Positions 15,272 to 29,011 of a stretch of DNA of 64,000 nt are shown here, piece by piece. The notes under the pieces were generated by a model. It was not told the DNA's origin, did not search any database, and saw nothing but the letters and a program-made list of their open reading frames with translations. Made by a program: the position numbers and the translations under genes. Within the stretch, counting starts at the first letter, position 1, and each line of letters opens with the position of its first letter. Source of the stretch: Eledone cirrhosa (taxonomy: Eukaryota); contig OZ024746.1 in NCBI GenBank assembly GCA_964016885.1, positions 42,718,001-42,782,000 on the forward strand, read 5' to 3'.

Positions 15272-18200
15272 CTCTAAAAGTAGACACACAATTCCATATA
15301 AAGAAAATCCTTTTTAATGCTCAGCTAAAATATTGACTATTATCACTATCACAATCAGTAAGGTCTAATGAATAACACCATTCTATTTTCCCCTATTGTA
15401 AACTTTGAATAATCAGGCAATACTTTATAAAATGAACATAGAAGTTTATGTTCTTAGAAGCCTATTAACAAACATAGTTTAGAATTTGCTCAACCCATAT
15501 CTGTCTTGATCATCATCTACAAATAAGCCAGAAGATTCTTTTCATTTTTGTTACTAATGTATTTTATCTATTCTAATCATATTACCATGAGTTATATTAA
15601 TTGAATATAGTGGCCCAATAAGAGAAGTAGTAATAATAATTATATTGGTTTCTAAATTAGGTAGAAGTCTAGTAATATTATGGAGAGGTGGAAAGTTGAC
15701 CTAGGTAGAATGTGAACAACTGGTGCATCTTATTTCTCTTTTCATCCTCATTATAGCAGGCCTCAATTTTTGTTGTGGTCAGTGAAGACACACAACGTTA
15801 TAAAATACTTTCCATTCCCACCATCCCCCAGACACTTTCTTATTATTGGTATCATGAATACTTGAAATTAAAGTACCTATTTAGAACTATGTTCATTATC
15901 TTTTTACATCTTTGTATAATGAAATGACACCTTATAAAAACAAGACAGTATTCTGAGCACTATATTCACAAAGCATGTCTAATCAACACTTGATTCAATT
16001 GCCAAAAGTAAGTATTCATATAATACTGTACAAAGAGTTAAAGTATGTGGAGTGTGTGCATGCATGAGTGTGTATATAGTGTCCAATTAATGCAATTATA
16101 CATTGGAATGACAGAAAACTGTTTGAATGAGATGATTTTATTCTGAATTCACAAATGAATTTTTAAATTAGGTCTATTTGAATTCTTCAGTACTAACTAA
16201 GGAAATGGTTTAATGAGATGACAAGTATATGAAGTACTATGGAATGTGTGACTGGCATAAGAGCAAATAAACCTCTTAATCCTAACATCTTAAATCAGGA
16301 AAGTAATAACAAAGTTTCTTCAGAATAACAATGAAGACATCCTGGTAAGTTGATAATAAAATTTAAATGTGTTAATAACAACGTTTGAGTGACGAGGCTG
16401 TTTCCATGTAGATGAGATGATTTTCTCAAATGGAAATTTATCTGAAAAATAAACATGGAAGTATTTTAAATGCAGTACTCTGCAGCACTAGCACAAAGTA
16501 TATAAGAAGTATAACAAGAGGTGTAAAGCTATATAGTGAAACTATGCATACATTTGTGAATCTACAGTTAAGTATATCTATTGTAAGGAACATTATATAT
16601 AGACTGTAGTGTGTGTGCATGTATTCATTCCTCAGAATATCCAGATTGCCTAAATTTAAAGCACAAATAGTAATTTTATAAAATTGCATGATTCTCAGAC
16701 CAAACTTAAAAACCTTATATACTCTATTAAGTGCAAAAGCAGATGGTTGTTTGTATGAATATGTCAATTAACAGGTTAATATAAATAACTAATCAAAATA
16801 TTATATTACAAATCTATTTCATAAACATAATATAGATATTTTCTTATCAATATGCTTTTGGTCTCTCTCTCTGTCTGTCTGTATATATATATTTATGAAA
16901 CAGAGAAAGGTAGATAGATAGATAGATACAGATATGAAGTTGCATCTCAGAGGGGATTTCTCATGTGTTTTAATTATATAGCCTCCTGTTCTATCATGAG
17001 AAACAATGAGAAATGAAGCATCTTGCTCAAGAACACAATGTGTTACCTGGTCCATAATCGAATCTACATGCTTGTGAATCCAAAACCTAGACCACTAAAT
17101 CATGTACCAATTGATAAGGGCTTTATTAAAAAATGTGATAGAACTGAAAACTAGTGAAATATCAATTTTACTATTATGTCGCTGCTACAGAAGGCTATCA
17201 TTCTACACAATGGCACCTACTTACAGTTAAAAAACACTATTATTGAAATCCATGCATCTTAACCTGGATACAGTGACAAGATACAAACCAACAAACATAC
17301 GGATGGTTGTCTAATATACGCTATTGAGTTGTCAAGCTTTGACTTGTACTTAATGAAAATCATAAAAATAGAATAAAATAGAATACACTGGTAATAAAAA
17401 AATTCTTTATTATTCCATTAATCTTTTCAGTCCTACTACAAAGTGATTGAAAGAAGAACAATGGTTTTTACAGCAACTGTCAAAGACTGGCAACATAGCT
17501 TTGAAACATATTGAGTAGCGAGCTAAAAGAGTATTGTAAAATGTCAACACTTAATATATAATGTTTCAAAATGAAGGAATACACAAGAATTAGGTAAATA
17601 ATCTCATATCCTCAATCCAGAAGATGGAATATTTGGATAACTGCCATATTATGTTAAATTGTATGGTGCCAAATTTGTTGGTGGTTTAGAATGCGTGGTG
17701 ATCATAAGCTGTACTATTGCCAACAGGTTTCTAAGGAAAGCTGTGTTGTTTATGTAGGAATGCAGATGATGGTTTGTGGTTACTGATTAAAATTCAACAT
17801 GATGAAGTAGTTATAGTTTATTTATTTTTTTAAGCTGTTATGTTAGAAAAGAAGTATAGAATAATTATCTATCGAGACAAAATTTTGAAATTCTCTTAGA
17901 GAATTATATTTCATAGATACCAGGCTTGTGGGTAAAGAGAAAATGAACACTAAAATTTGAAAACTTCCTACTAAATTAATAGGAATAGCATAATTACAAA
18001 GAGATATATTACTCAAATCAAGATCTTTACAAAAGTAGCTTCTAATTATCATGTCTAGTTTTGTACTTCACACCTTTATTTCTTCCTTTGGAGGTACACA
18101 CATATATATATATATATATATATGTTACTTTTATATTATATGCATTCATGAGCAATAGCATTGTTAGACATATAAACTGAAAGATGGGTCCAACAAAGCA

Positions 18201-18623
18201 ATCAATACTTAACTGTATCAACACAATTTTATCAGAGAAGTAGAGAAAAACATTATTTCTCTAGGGACAAATTCAATATTTCGGAAAAATATGTGTATAG
18301 TGATTCATCACCATTTTACATATATTTTCTATGCTTGCATATCATCCTCGTTTTTCATTTCTGTTTTGTTTTTTTCTGTTAGCATGACCTGGATGAGAAT
18401 GCGTTTGAGGTCAACGGTCAACCCTTGTTTGTTTTTGCACATATTGAACCACTGAGCTATGTGACCTGTTTATGTGGGACACAAGCAAATCTCACAATTA
18501 GCAGTGTCAAATGTGAAACAAAGACAAAAATGCACATACAAACTCACACATATGTAGACACACACACATATATATGCAAGCATGGAAAAACACGTAAAAA
18601 CAATGATATATATACACAATATA

Positions 18624-18670
<47 letters not shown>

Positions 18671-18673
18671 ATA

Positions 18674-18943
18674 ATGTGTTGTTTCCTTGAGCAAGACACT
18701 TTATTTCACATTGCTCCAGTTTACTCAGCTGTAGAAATGAGATGATAGGGACTGGGGTCCCTATCATTCCACTGCAAAGTGGACGTGTAGGCACCACGGA
18801 AAAAAGTACCCAGCACTCACTGTAAATGAGGTTGGTGTTAGGAAAGGCATCCAACTGTAGAAATCAAGCCAGAATCAGTTCCGTCCTACCCTTGCAAGCA
18901 GGGAAAAGCCGACGTAAAATGATGATGATGATGATGATGATGA
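18674..18943 (+). mobile_element. SINE family A, 5'-truncated
   Basis: Same body as 7479-7818; (GAT)n tail; flanked by (TA)n. Confidence 0.9.
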
Positions 18944-20121
18944 TATATATATACAATGGGCTTCATACAGTTTCCATCTACCAGTTTCTCCTCAGAAGGC
19001 ATAGGATGTTCTGAGGCTAAAGTAGAAGACATACTCAAGATGTCACACAGTACAATAGAACCCCAGACTATGTGTTCTGCAGAGTAAATTTCTAAACCAA
19101 AACCAAATTACACACTAAGAATAGAAACTGAATAATTTAATACAGATAAATCCTGAACAGTATATCACAGTACGTTAGAATAATTTACGTGAAGTTTAGA
19201 AAATATTATGCCAAAAACATTTTCAGATATTTATGTCTAAGAAGTGTTGTAGTAATACATCATAAAAAAGGAAATTTAAGAAATTATTTATAAGAGACAT
19301 TGCAAATTTCTAAGCTTTGAATACATAATGTTCTTCGTTATTAATGAATATTCAGAAGTGACAGTGAAGCTTGTTTTCTTTGATTTGAAGATGAAGTGTT
19401 ACTAAATCTAAAGTTTGTTCACCTTTCATAAAAATACATCTACATGTATGCACACACACACACACACGTTTATATTTGTATGTACTGTGTGTGTTTCTCT
19501 AGTTCAAACCTGTTCTTGTATTTGTGTTCATGAAGTATTAGTTGAGCCAGCTTGAAAGAATGAATCCAAGGCATCACAACAAGCCAATCATGTCCAGTGA
19601 TCACAGACATTCAATATGGAAATCAATAACTAACACAACTCCAAAGGTAGGCACCAGATACATGTGGACCAGATACTGCTTTAACCCTTTAGTAAATATA
19701 GAGTAATGTAAATATATTACTCTATATTTACTATTATATTTTCCTGGTATCGAATCTATGAGATTTTGATATTAGTAACTAGTGATTTCAAATAAAAGGC
19801 ATGCAACTTATCTGAGTAAAGAAATGGACATTGGAATAATTTTCTATTTCTTTTTGATTAGGCACAAAATCCCATTGCTTTAATAGAATATAACAGATGT
19901 AAAATTGCTTTGACCAAGATTGAAAGCCAATAATATTGTTTGCTTTTCAGTTTACAACTCCCTCAAAGAATTTAAGGTTTAATAAGATTTCTTATTGAGA
20001 GGAAAATAACACATTTCTAATTATTAATAGTCTCAGTCAAAAACATTGTGAAAACCTAAGACAGAGAATGAGCTATGAGAGTATGAAGAGGATGTGCTTA
20101 GTTGAAGCGTTGAAACATTCT

Positions 20122-20337
20122 TTAACCCTTTAGAATTTAAACCGGCCATATTCAGCCAGAATTCTCTCACCTCTTTCTGTTCAAACCAGCCATAACTGGC
20201 AACTCATACTGACATTAAGGTATTATTCTCAAACTATATAACATAAAAATCTTGTAGATTCGATATTATGTGAGATAAAAGGTTTACCATGAAAATATTA
20301 TAGTATATATAGATTAATGTAAATGTTGAAGGGTTTA
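20122..20337. mobile_element. piggyBac-like MITE
   Basis: ttaa-ccctttagaattta ... taaatgttgaagggttt; colinear with 15048-15271. Confidence 0.7.
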
Positions 20338-21364
20338 TAACAGTAATTTATCAATATATATGAAGAAAAAGCTCATCAGATGACTAAAAATTATCGACTA
20401 TTTTAACTTTCATGTCAAAGTTAATTATTCATAATTCTGGTAAAAATGTATATATTGTAAGCAATTTTGAAGTTATAAATTAAAGAAACTGAAAATAGAA
20501 ATAAAAGAATCTATGAGAAAGTGTGTTTACTTAGAAAAACAAATGAAACAATTTGAACGTAAGTAATATTAAATAGAAAAAAAGAATCGATACAAAATTT
20601 GTTTGATTTGAAAATGGATTTCAAACATTATTGAATGTAAATAATTTTGAAAGACATATATATTGTTTCCCAGAGAAATGTTTAGATACTCATCATTTTA
20701 TAGCTTTATCTATATTAATCATTGATATCTCAATCTAATACTGATGATTGTAAAAACTAATATCTCAATTCATTATGGTTATTTAATTATTTTATTTTTC
20801 ATCAATGTACATGATGATGAAATTGCTTTGTCATCCTATCTGTGAAAGCATTATTTTCTTGAAACTCTCAATCTAAGGGACAAACCCCCTCCAAAAAATG
20901 TCAAACCACCAATGGCAAAAAGTAAACCCAATTCCTGGCTTTGAAATTACCAATATCAATGATTTCATGCTGGTTAATTTCAGAAGCAGACTATAACTGA
21001 TAAGTATCAGGAAGTATTGATATTCTCTATATGATTGCAAGAAGTAATATCCTTGTGGTTGTTCTTGATGATGATAAAAAACAAAGTTTTACAAAGTTAA
21101 AGGGATTGTTGAAGCACCATTGAGGATTTTATCCTTATACAAAGATCTAACTCATCCCTCCCTTAATTTTATCTATAGAATTGTTTGATTTACCAAAGCA
21201 ACCATCACATTTACATTCATATTTACTGCTGGTACCATCAGTAGTGTATTTTACCTCTCTATAACACAAACTTTCTCTAGGATGAACTGAGTTATGTTTT
21301 AGTTAAATATCTATACTATGGGAATAATACAGTACTAAGAAGAAAATTGTCAACTATACATTTG

Positions 21365-21508
21365 ACATACTTGCATGCATTAATTTCAACTCTTCTTATT
21401 AATAGCTGCATTGTTTCTTTTCAGAGACTATGTTGAAAACTAAACCTCATTTGGTCATTCCATGAAAGTATCTTGGTCAGCCTATGAACTTTTCAGCCAA
21501 CCCTCATA
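21365..21508. mobile_element. Tc1/mariner-like MITE, partial
   Basis: Colinear with 28870-29010; ends in tgaacttttcagccaaccctcata. Confidence 0.6.
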
Positions 21509-22969
21509 TAGTGAAGAAGCAGAATTGTTAATATGGACAAAATGCCTTATATAATTTAGTAAAATCCATTTTAAATCTTGGCAATGTTATTTTTACCATT
21601 GTTCAAAATAAGTACCAGACATTTATTAGATTAAATTCTGAAATTCCTATTTACTTCTACAAATGTGAGATTAGGCCAATGCAAGAAGTTGTTATTAGAA
21701 AGTGCATCCAGATCAAAGAAAAGAGCTGCATTTAGTTTCAAATGCACCAATATTTGAATTGTAATTAATTGAATTTTCAATTGAATAATTCAGAAACACA
21801 CAGCAGGAGACCAAATTCTAGCACACCTTTCTATCACAGCAACACACACATACATACATTCATTCATTACAGACATATTGTTTTGTTTACAAGTCAAAAT
21901 AAAAAGTTATCAGTATATGTACAGCATATATGGTGTTGTTGATATCATCTTATGGACACCCCTTCAGTGTGAAACCTGAAGTAATGGAACTTTCAACTAT
22001 AATAATAAATTATATACAAACACACATATAATGCACACATATATAAAAACTTGATCAGTACAATCATCATTATGTCAAACCCATGCAAGCCCAGAAAAGT
22101 GGACATAAAACAATACAATGTGTATGTGTGTGTGTATGAACATTTGTTTGTGTGTATAGAAAAGCATGAATACACATATAACACTTCGAAACTTCATTAA
22201 GCTTCAGTTGAAATTTTTAAGCTTCATTACAGTTTTTACGCCACTTCCTTTGAGTAAATTGATTAATGCAGAAGATAAAAGGTTTAATGTAATGATATAG
22301 TTGGAGTCAGTGATATAGACTATCTTAATAACATTGTTAGAGTGAATTATATAGAAATAACAGATCAGAAGCAGAGCTAAAAGAAAAAAAACAAGGAAGG
22401 ATCAGAATGAAGAATGTTTCATTTGCTGAGAGCATTTATTTGAGTTACGTATGATAAACAGAATGTCAGTTGAGCATTAGGACTGATTACACATTGGTTT
22501 GAATTAGATTAGATTCCAATTTGTAGTTGAAAGATAATTCAGTGACTACTGAAGTCAGACAAGCAATTGTACTTAAACTAACAAGAACTTCTGACAATAG
22601 AACAGTTGAAGTTATAAACTAATATTGCAAGTACATAGATGTCTTCACGACAACTAACTAAACTTTGATGGAGTACAATGGATCAGTGGATATGAAGATG
22701 AAGTATTGATGAATTCAAATCTCACAATGGAAACTGTGTTGTGTCATTAGGTAAAGCATATTGCACTGTTTTCTATCACTTTTTAAGCATCAGGATCCCA
22801 TTTTAATTAATTGTAAAATGGTCAATAGAAAGAATGGCACCCAGCATTTGTAACAATATTATCAATAGTATGAAAATCTCCAAATTTGCAAAACACATTC
22901 CATACAAGTAATAAATCTAATGTGATATGTTATTAAGCATCACCAACACATATACATAATCGTATACTA

Positions 22970-23360
22970 TCATCATCATCAACATTCAACATCAATTTTT
23001 CCACACTTGCATGGCTAGATGGGTTGTCCCATTATGAAATAATTCAGGTCAGGAAACACGTCTTGCTCATAAAGAAATGTATTTTGTCTTGGTTTGTACA
23101 CCTAGATGCCCTTCCTAATACAAACCACATTACAATGTGGACTGAGTGCTTTTTATTGTGTTACCAGAATGACCATCTAATGGGAGTGGACTAAATGATG
23201 TTTGTCATGTTACCAGCATGATTACTTTCCAAGGCAGACTGAGTGCTTTTTGTCATAACACTAGCATGACCACCTTAAAGAGTGAATTGGGTGCTTTTTG
23301 CCGAGTCACCAACACGACAACTTTACAGAATGGACTAGGTGCCTGTTATTGTAGCAATGG
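22970..23360 (-). mobile_element. Old SINE related to family A, with internal ~48-bp tandem repeats
   Basis: (CAT)n end, gatgcccttcctaat motif, five diverged accac...gtggactgggtgc...accagca-like units. Confidence 0.6.
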
Positions 23361-24493
23361 CATTTTGTCAGATCAGATTATATATAGTAACTATAGCTAC
23401 TTCCATACCATGAATTCCCACTAGTATCCATGAATTTTGATATTGTGATTTTCAGTGGAGATTTTTCATCGTTGATGAAACAAGTATATATAATAGGGAA
23501 AATGGATGTTTGATGATGATGATGTATATATGTATAAACTAAATTTCACAAACTTAAATGAAAATGTATATCTTTGCTGTGAAAATAAGAAAAGCAATTT
23601 ATGATATTTTCAAATAAAAAAAAAATACATCACTATTGAACATGTGCAAATATGAATTATTAAACAGTTTCTTCAAAAGCGAAAATGAGAAAAGTATTGG
23701 TCTAGATATTCCGAATGTCTTTTTGCCATTCTTGGCAAATTATGCAGAAAACATTTTATTTAAATTCTTATTCATATTTCACTATTCAGAATATGATCTA
23801 AGTCTACACCCTAGCCAAGTTCTTTTATCATATACTATGAGGTAAAGGTAATTGCATACAGTTAGTTCTGATCATGTTCAATCCTGCTAAAGATATTGAC
23901 TTGGCAGACAATCAAAATATATTTGATGCTTGTGTATATAATATATATCTAGAGAGTAAAATTGAGTAAAGAAATATCATCTTCATAATTTTGAAACCTA
24001 TCATATTAATGTTCAAAATATTGCTTTCACTCATCTAAAAGATTTTTATGATTTCTAACTTCTCATACATCAAAATTACCAACTATTATCCACATAATTC
24101 TTTCTCTAGAATTTTCCATAAGTTAGGGAAAGTTTTATTCAAATTATTTATATATAGGTTCAACTTTTTATAGCTAATATTAATAAATGTTAATGTCAAT
24201 TTTCTTCATAAATTTTGTTTACAATGCAGCCATGAAAGAGGGTTAGATTTTGCTATATTATTTGCATAACAAACTGAAAACAAGAAATTACTTGTTTGAG
24301 CATGTTCTATATAACATCCCCATAAGCCATATAACAGAAGTTGTATTTTCAAACTAAAACTATGAGTCAACATATCAATAAATAGAGACTAGTATAGATT
24401 TTTGTAAACCATGGCTATCATTTTTAATATCTTTTCTTTCAGTTATGTGATCTAAATATATACAAGCATAACATGCTTTACATTTTATCATAC

Positions 24494-24834
24494 TTTAAGC
24501 CATTTGTAATGAGTAATATTGCGATTGCTAATTTCCCGAATCACAGACTGCTTAATAAAATCATCTGTTTCATCCAATGTTTTATCTCTTCATATTTTGA
24601 ATAAACAATATTTTTCTCATTCAAATCCAACCAACTCTCCAATTCCCATGACACCTATATTATACAAGTCTAACAGCTTGCCATAAGTTTTCTTTCTTCA
24701 GAGATCAATTTCTATTATCATATTAGCCACAATCTTCCTGTTGTCAATGACTTGTGGCTGTTCAAGCTGAATATGAACTGGATCAATCTCATAAGACTTA
24801 GCTGGCCTAGAAATACCATAGGTACAGTACCTTC
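24494..24834 (-). pseudogene. Possible decayed exon of an unidentified gene
   Basis: gttttatttgtcag acceptor and gtatga donor bound a protein-like frame (RYCTYGISRPAKSYEIDPVHIQLEQPQVIDNRKIVANMIIEIDL*...) with three stops and a frameshift. Confidence 0.35.
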
Positions 24835-27811
24835 CTGACAAATAAAACTATGAAAATATACTTATGACTAAGATATTGAACATTTTTTATATCATTACAT
24901 TGAAAATATGTGAGTGGTTTCTGTGTGTGTGATTGTGTGATTGTGCGTATATGTGTGTGTCTTAGTAAAATTCACTGTTGAATGATATCAATGTAAGGGA
25001 AATGGCACTTAACTGATATTTTATTAACAGCAAAATCTTACTGACAGAGAAATAATTTCAAAGACAAGAGATTTAATATCAATTTAGAGATAATGTTTAA
25101 CTTGAGTTAACCTTTTAATTTTGACCAAAAAGATAAAAAGAGAAATACTTTCAATACACAAATGAATCAATAAATGTATAAAACCATGAAATACAATCAA
25201 AATCCTCAAGAAATAGAATTTACCAAAACTACAAAGCAAAAGAAACATAAATATATTAATGATAATGATTATTCTTTTTATCTGACACAATGGTGGTGGA
25301 TAGGAGAGGCAGGGGTAACAAAAGGATAAATTACAAAAACAGTACACGAGTGTACAAAGATATGAAACTAGATGTCTCTTTAGGGAGACAATCAAAGAAA
25401 CCCTCATATTCATGAGTACTTTGACTCCTAATGGAAGGTGTCCTTTATCAATTGTGTTCTCTAACTGAGTGATGAATGCTAAGAATACAATCATGAAGAC
25501 AAGTCTCACTAATATTACTAAACCTTCAGTAAATTTACTGAGGGCTCGGCAAAAGTGAAATGTATCTGCTTTCATATTTTTCACTCTTACCATGGCCACC
25601 AGCCAGAGGAAGACTGTTTGACTATCCTGGTCAAAAGAAAGTGATGAAGGAATCCTTACAAAACATATCTTACAAAGTAAAATAACACAATGGCACTCAT
25701 GAATAAGCAAGCTCCTATATGGTCACAACTTATCAAACATACCATCCAAATCCCCTTCAAATGACTCCCCGCAACCTTATAAAAGGAAGGAAACATTATA
25801 TAATATAGTACTAGATAATTCTAAGTCTGACAAAAGAGGGCAAAATGCTTATGGGTATAAATCTGCTCAATCAAAACTGATCTGAGGCTACACTATAACA
25901 ATAGGTTAAAATTATAATCAGACAAAGAAAATTTGATAGACTGTTAAAGGGAACTTAAGCATTAAATATCTCAGAAATAGTCCTTAGTCTGTCAGAGATA
26001 ATGAGAAAGACATTATGAAAATCTGAGATAAAATAATTTCGATTTCTTTGAACATAACTGTTGTTAGAGAAATTAACTAAGAACAGGTGAATAGAGAAAA
26101 ATGGTTTGATAATATCATTTATATTAATGGCTAGTAAACGAAAACAAGATGATAATGATGCTAAATTTTCATAAGGTTATGAATAGATAATTTTGCCAAA
26201 TATCTATTAATATGTAATGCAAAATGTAATGTGATATCAAGATATAAGGATGCTGACCAAAATGGTTTTAGCACTTTATGAAAATAGATAATGATTGTTA
26301 AGTGGATGACAGGTCAGAGTAGAGGAGTCAAACATAGGACAAATGGATTTAAAACCCTTAAAGAGAATTATTGTAAAATAAGATAAAATTAAATCAACAA
26401 TAATTGTTGTATGATTACACAAGTGCATACATAAGTATATACATAACATACACTAAACATACACTTATGCAAGGTTTAACACTTGGTTCTGATGAGAAAA
26501 ATGCTGTGTGATTCTGACATCCCCCTGAGTAATTCAGACTAGATCTTAGAATATAGCACAGCTACCTCAAAGGCTATATTTATGTAACAGTCATTTACAA
26601 AGAATATCTAAGAGTAGAAAGATGGCATGTTATAATGAGAATAAAGGCTAATCAAGGTTGCAGCAGAGTACAATCACGGTTGTTTTAGAATACATACTTC
26701 CACCACTATATGATAATACAATGGCTAATAGTGTATCACACACATTCAACTAAATAAAGTCTGTACAGTCTTCCTTTATAAAGAGATTACCCTTAGGAAG
26801 ACATACTTGACATTTGTGATACCCAGTAATGATATCTCTCTCTTTCCTTCTCAGAGAGAGAGAGAGATACGCATATGTACAGATCATAAAATGTTCATGC
26901 CTTTTTAAGCACGTTTATGATGTGATATAAAAGAAGGGAGAATATTACAGATATGAATCAAAAGAGGTTACAGACTCGACTCTTCAGAAGGTTACCTTTA
27001 CTTATGTCAAATAAAACAAATAATTCAACAACAAAAATAATTATCCCTACTTGACTTACATCCAAGTAATGTCATTATAGGCATATATAGGGATCATGAA
27101 TCTCATTTAAAAATTATCTAATGAATAATGTTAGATTTCATTTTTATAAATTAACTATTAAATCAACAATCAAAAGAATATCACATAGCTTTGTGAATGA
27201 TAAAATTCACTTATTAGATTAAAGCGAATTGCATTGAGTAAAGTTGTGTAACATTGTCAAAGCATTGCAACTTTTTAATGATATAAGACTAGACAATATG
27301 ATAGAAACAGATCAGAAAACAATTTGTGTCAAAGTACAACTGTTGATTTTGAAAGTAACAATAAAAATTACAAAAAGTAAAATAATACATGCTTCGTGTG
27401 ACATTTGCTTAAATCATGTCCAGTTGTAAGTAAATATTTTGATGGCTCAGTTAGGGGTAGTATTTATGAGACTGAATGCCAACAATATGAAGATGAATGT
27501 AGTAGAGGATAATATGATATCAATCAATGCAACAGATTTACACAAAGGAAACCTGGTGACTTTGTTGATGCTAATAACTATTCAAATACACACATTGATT
27601 ATCGATAACCAAACCCAGTGAGATCCAGTCACTCTGCCTTCTTGTTAGTCATTAAATGATATTGACAAAGATGTCTATGAGAAAACCAATTATTGATATT
27701 TTTGCTTTATGGTTTTATTTTTAGGACATCCTATTTAAGTAGTTGATCTGCATTTTCAAGTACAGTAATTGTTAGCAACCACAATAACTTAAACAACACT
27801 TGCATCAATAA

Positions 27812-28008
27812 AGGAGCATCTACATGGTCATTTGATCTGCTAGAAATAAGAGCGAAATCTTAATCTAATCACATACTTCTATTGTAAAGAATGAAAAGAC
27901 ATTGAATAAAAAAATGTTTTATATAAACTATGCCTAAAAATATGATGGGATGGTCATAGCTTGACATATGTAGTGAATCAGGGCTGACCTGGGGGTTAAA
28001 TAACCACT
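27812..28008 (+). mobile_element. Old interspersed repeat (related copies near 25700-25885 and 36862-37052)
   Basis: Shared 3' end atcagggctgacctgggggttaaa / atcaagactgacctagggctaaa / atcaaaactgatctgaggctaca. Confidence 0.55.
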
Positions 28009-28811
28009 TCAAGAACAACAACTATAATCTTGAATGGAGAGGGTGCTAAACGTTTTATATTATAGATTGGTTTGGGACAAAAGTGTTTGAAATTAATCTA
28101 ATGATGATCATCATCATTATGATCATAAATGATGTTAATGGTGATGATGACAATGATGTAAAATTTCCAGCATGCTGAGATTGGCATTAAATTTTTAAAA
28201 AATGGAACTAAAAATTTTGATTGCATACTGAGACTATTGATATTCCTAATCACTAGAGCATTACTTAATGCTGTGATCATGAATAAAACTATGAGACAAC
28301 AATATAGTTTGATTTAGTAACTAATATGTATTTTAAATGATTTGATTCAAAGAGTCTAATACACATTTGGTTAACTGTCACTACTAAAAAAATAATATTT
28401 TTAATGCAATATTTTTTAATCTATAAACAACTTCCAAATTACAGAAATTATAAAATTTAGCCCCCAGTTAATTTAAAATTTGATTTATATTACTATTTCA
28501 AATGGTAAACAATATTTCATCCTATTCAATTTTCTTTAAAATTTTTTATCAGAATCTTCTAAATGTGTCTCAAATAAATTGTTACACTTATAGCAAAACA
28601 AATCTGTATGTAAAAACTCAGTTAAACCCTTTAAAGAAATTAATGGTGGCATAATTTTATACATCAGACTGTTCAGGAGTAAGAATAGGGTGTAATTATT
28701 GCTGGTCTTAAACATCTCAACCTTTGTTTGACTTTTATCTAATTAAAAAAAAAAGGAAATATTACATTTATATCTATTAGAGTTAATGGTATCCTTGTAC
28801 ATTGAAATATA

Positions 28812-29011
28812 CTAGGGTTGGCTGAAAAGTTCAAAGGCTGATTATGAAGGAGTGATGCTAGAGCTGTGAAATCTTGCATGCATTAATTTCAATAATTTTT
28901 ATTGGTAATTAGACTGTTTCCTTCCATGGAATATGTTGAAAAATAACCCCCATTTGGTGGTTCCATGAGGGTATCTTAGTCAGCCTGTGAACGTTTTGGC
29001 TGAGCCTTGTA
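28812..29011. mobile_element. Tc1/mariner-like MITE
   Basis: ta-ctagggttggctgaaaagttcaaaggctga ... tcagcctgtgaacgttttggctgagccttg-ta imperfect inverted ends; paralog at 21365-21508. Confidence 0.65.

Noticed and set aside
25084-25710. 208-aa hydrophobic ORF on the minus strand
   Set aside because: No recognisable motif; consistent with a chance frame on a T-rich strand
26485-26550. CTGATGA followed by a possible stem
   Set aside because: No GAAA core and stem II does not pair
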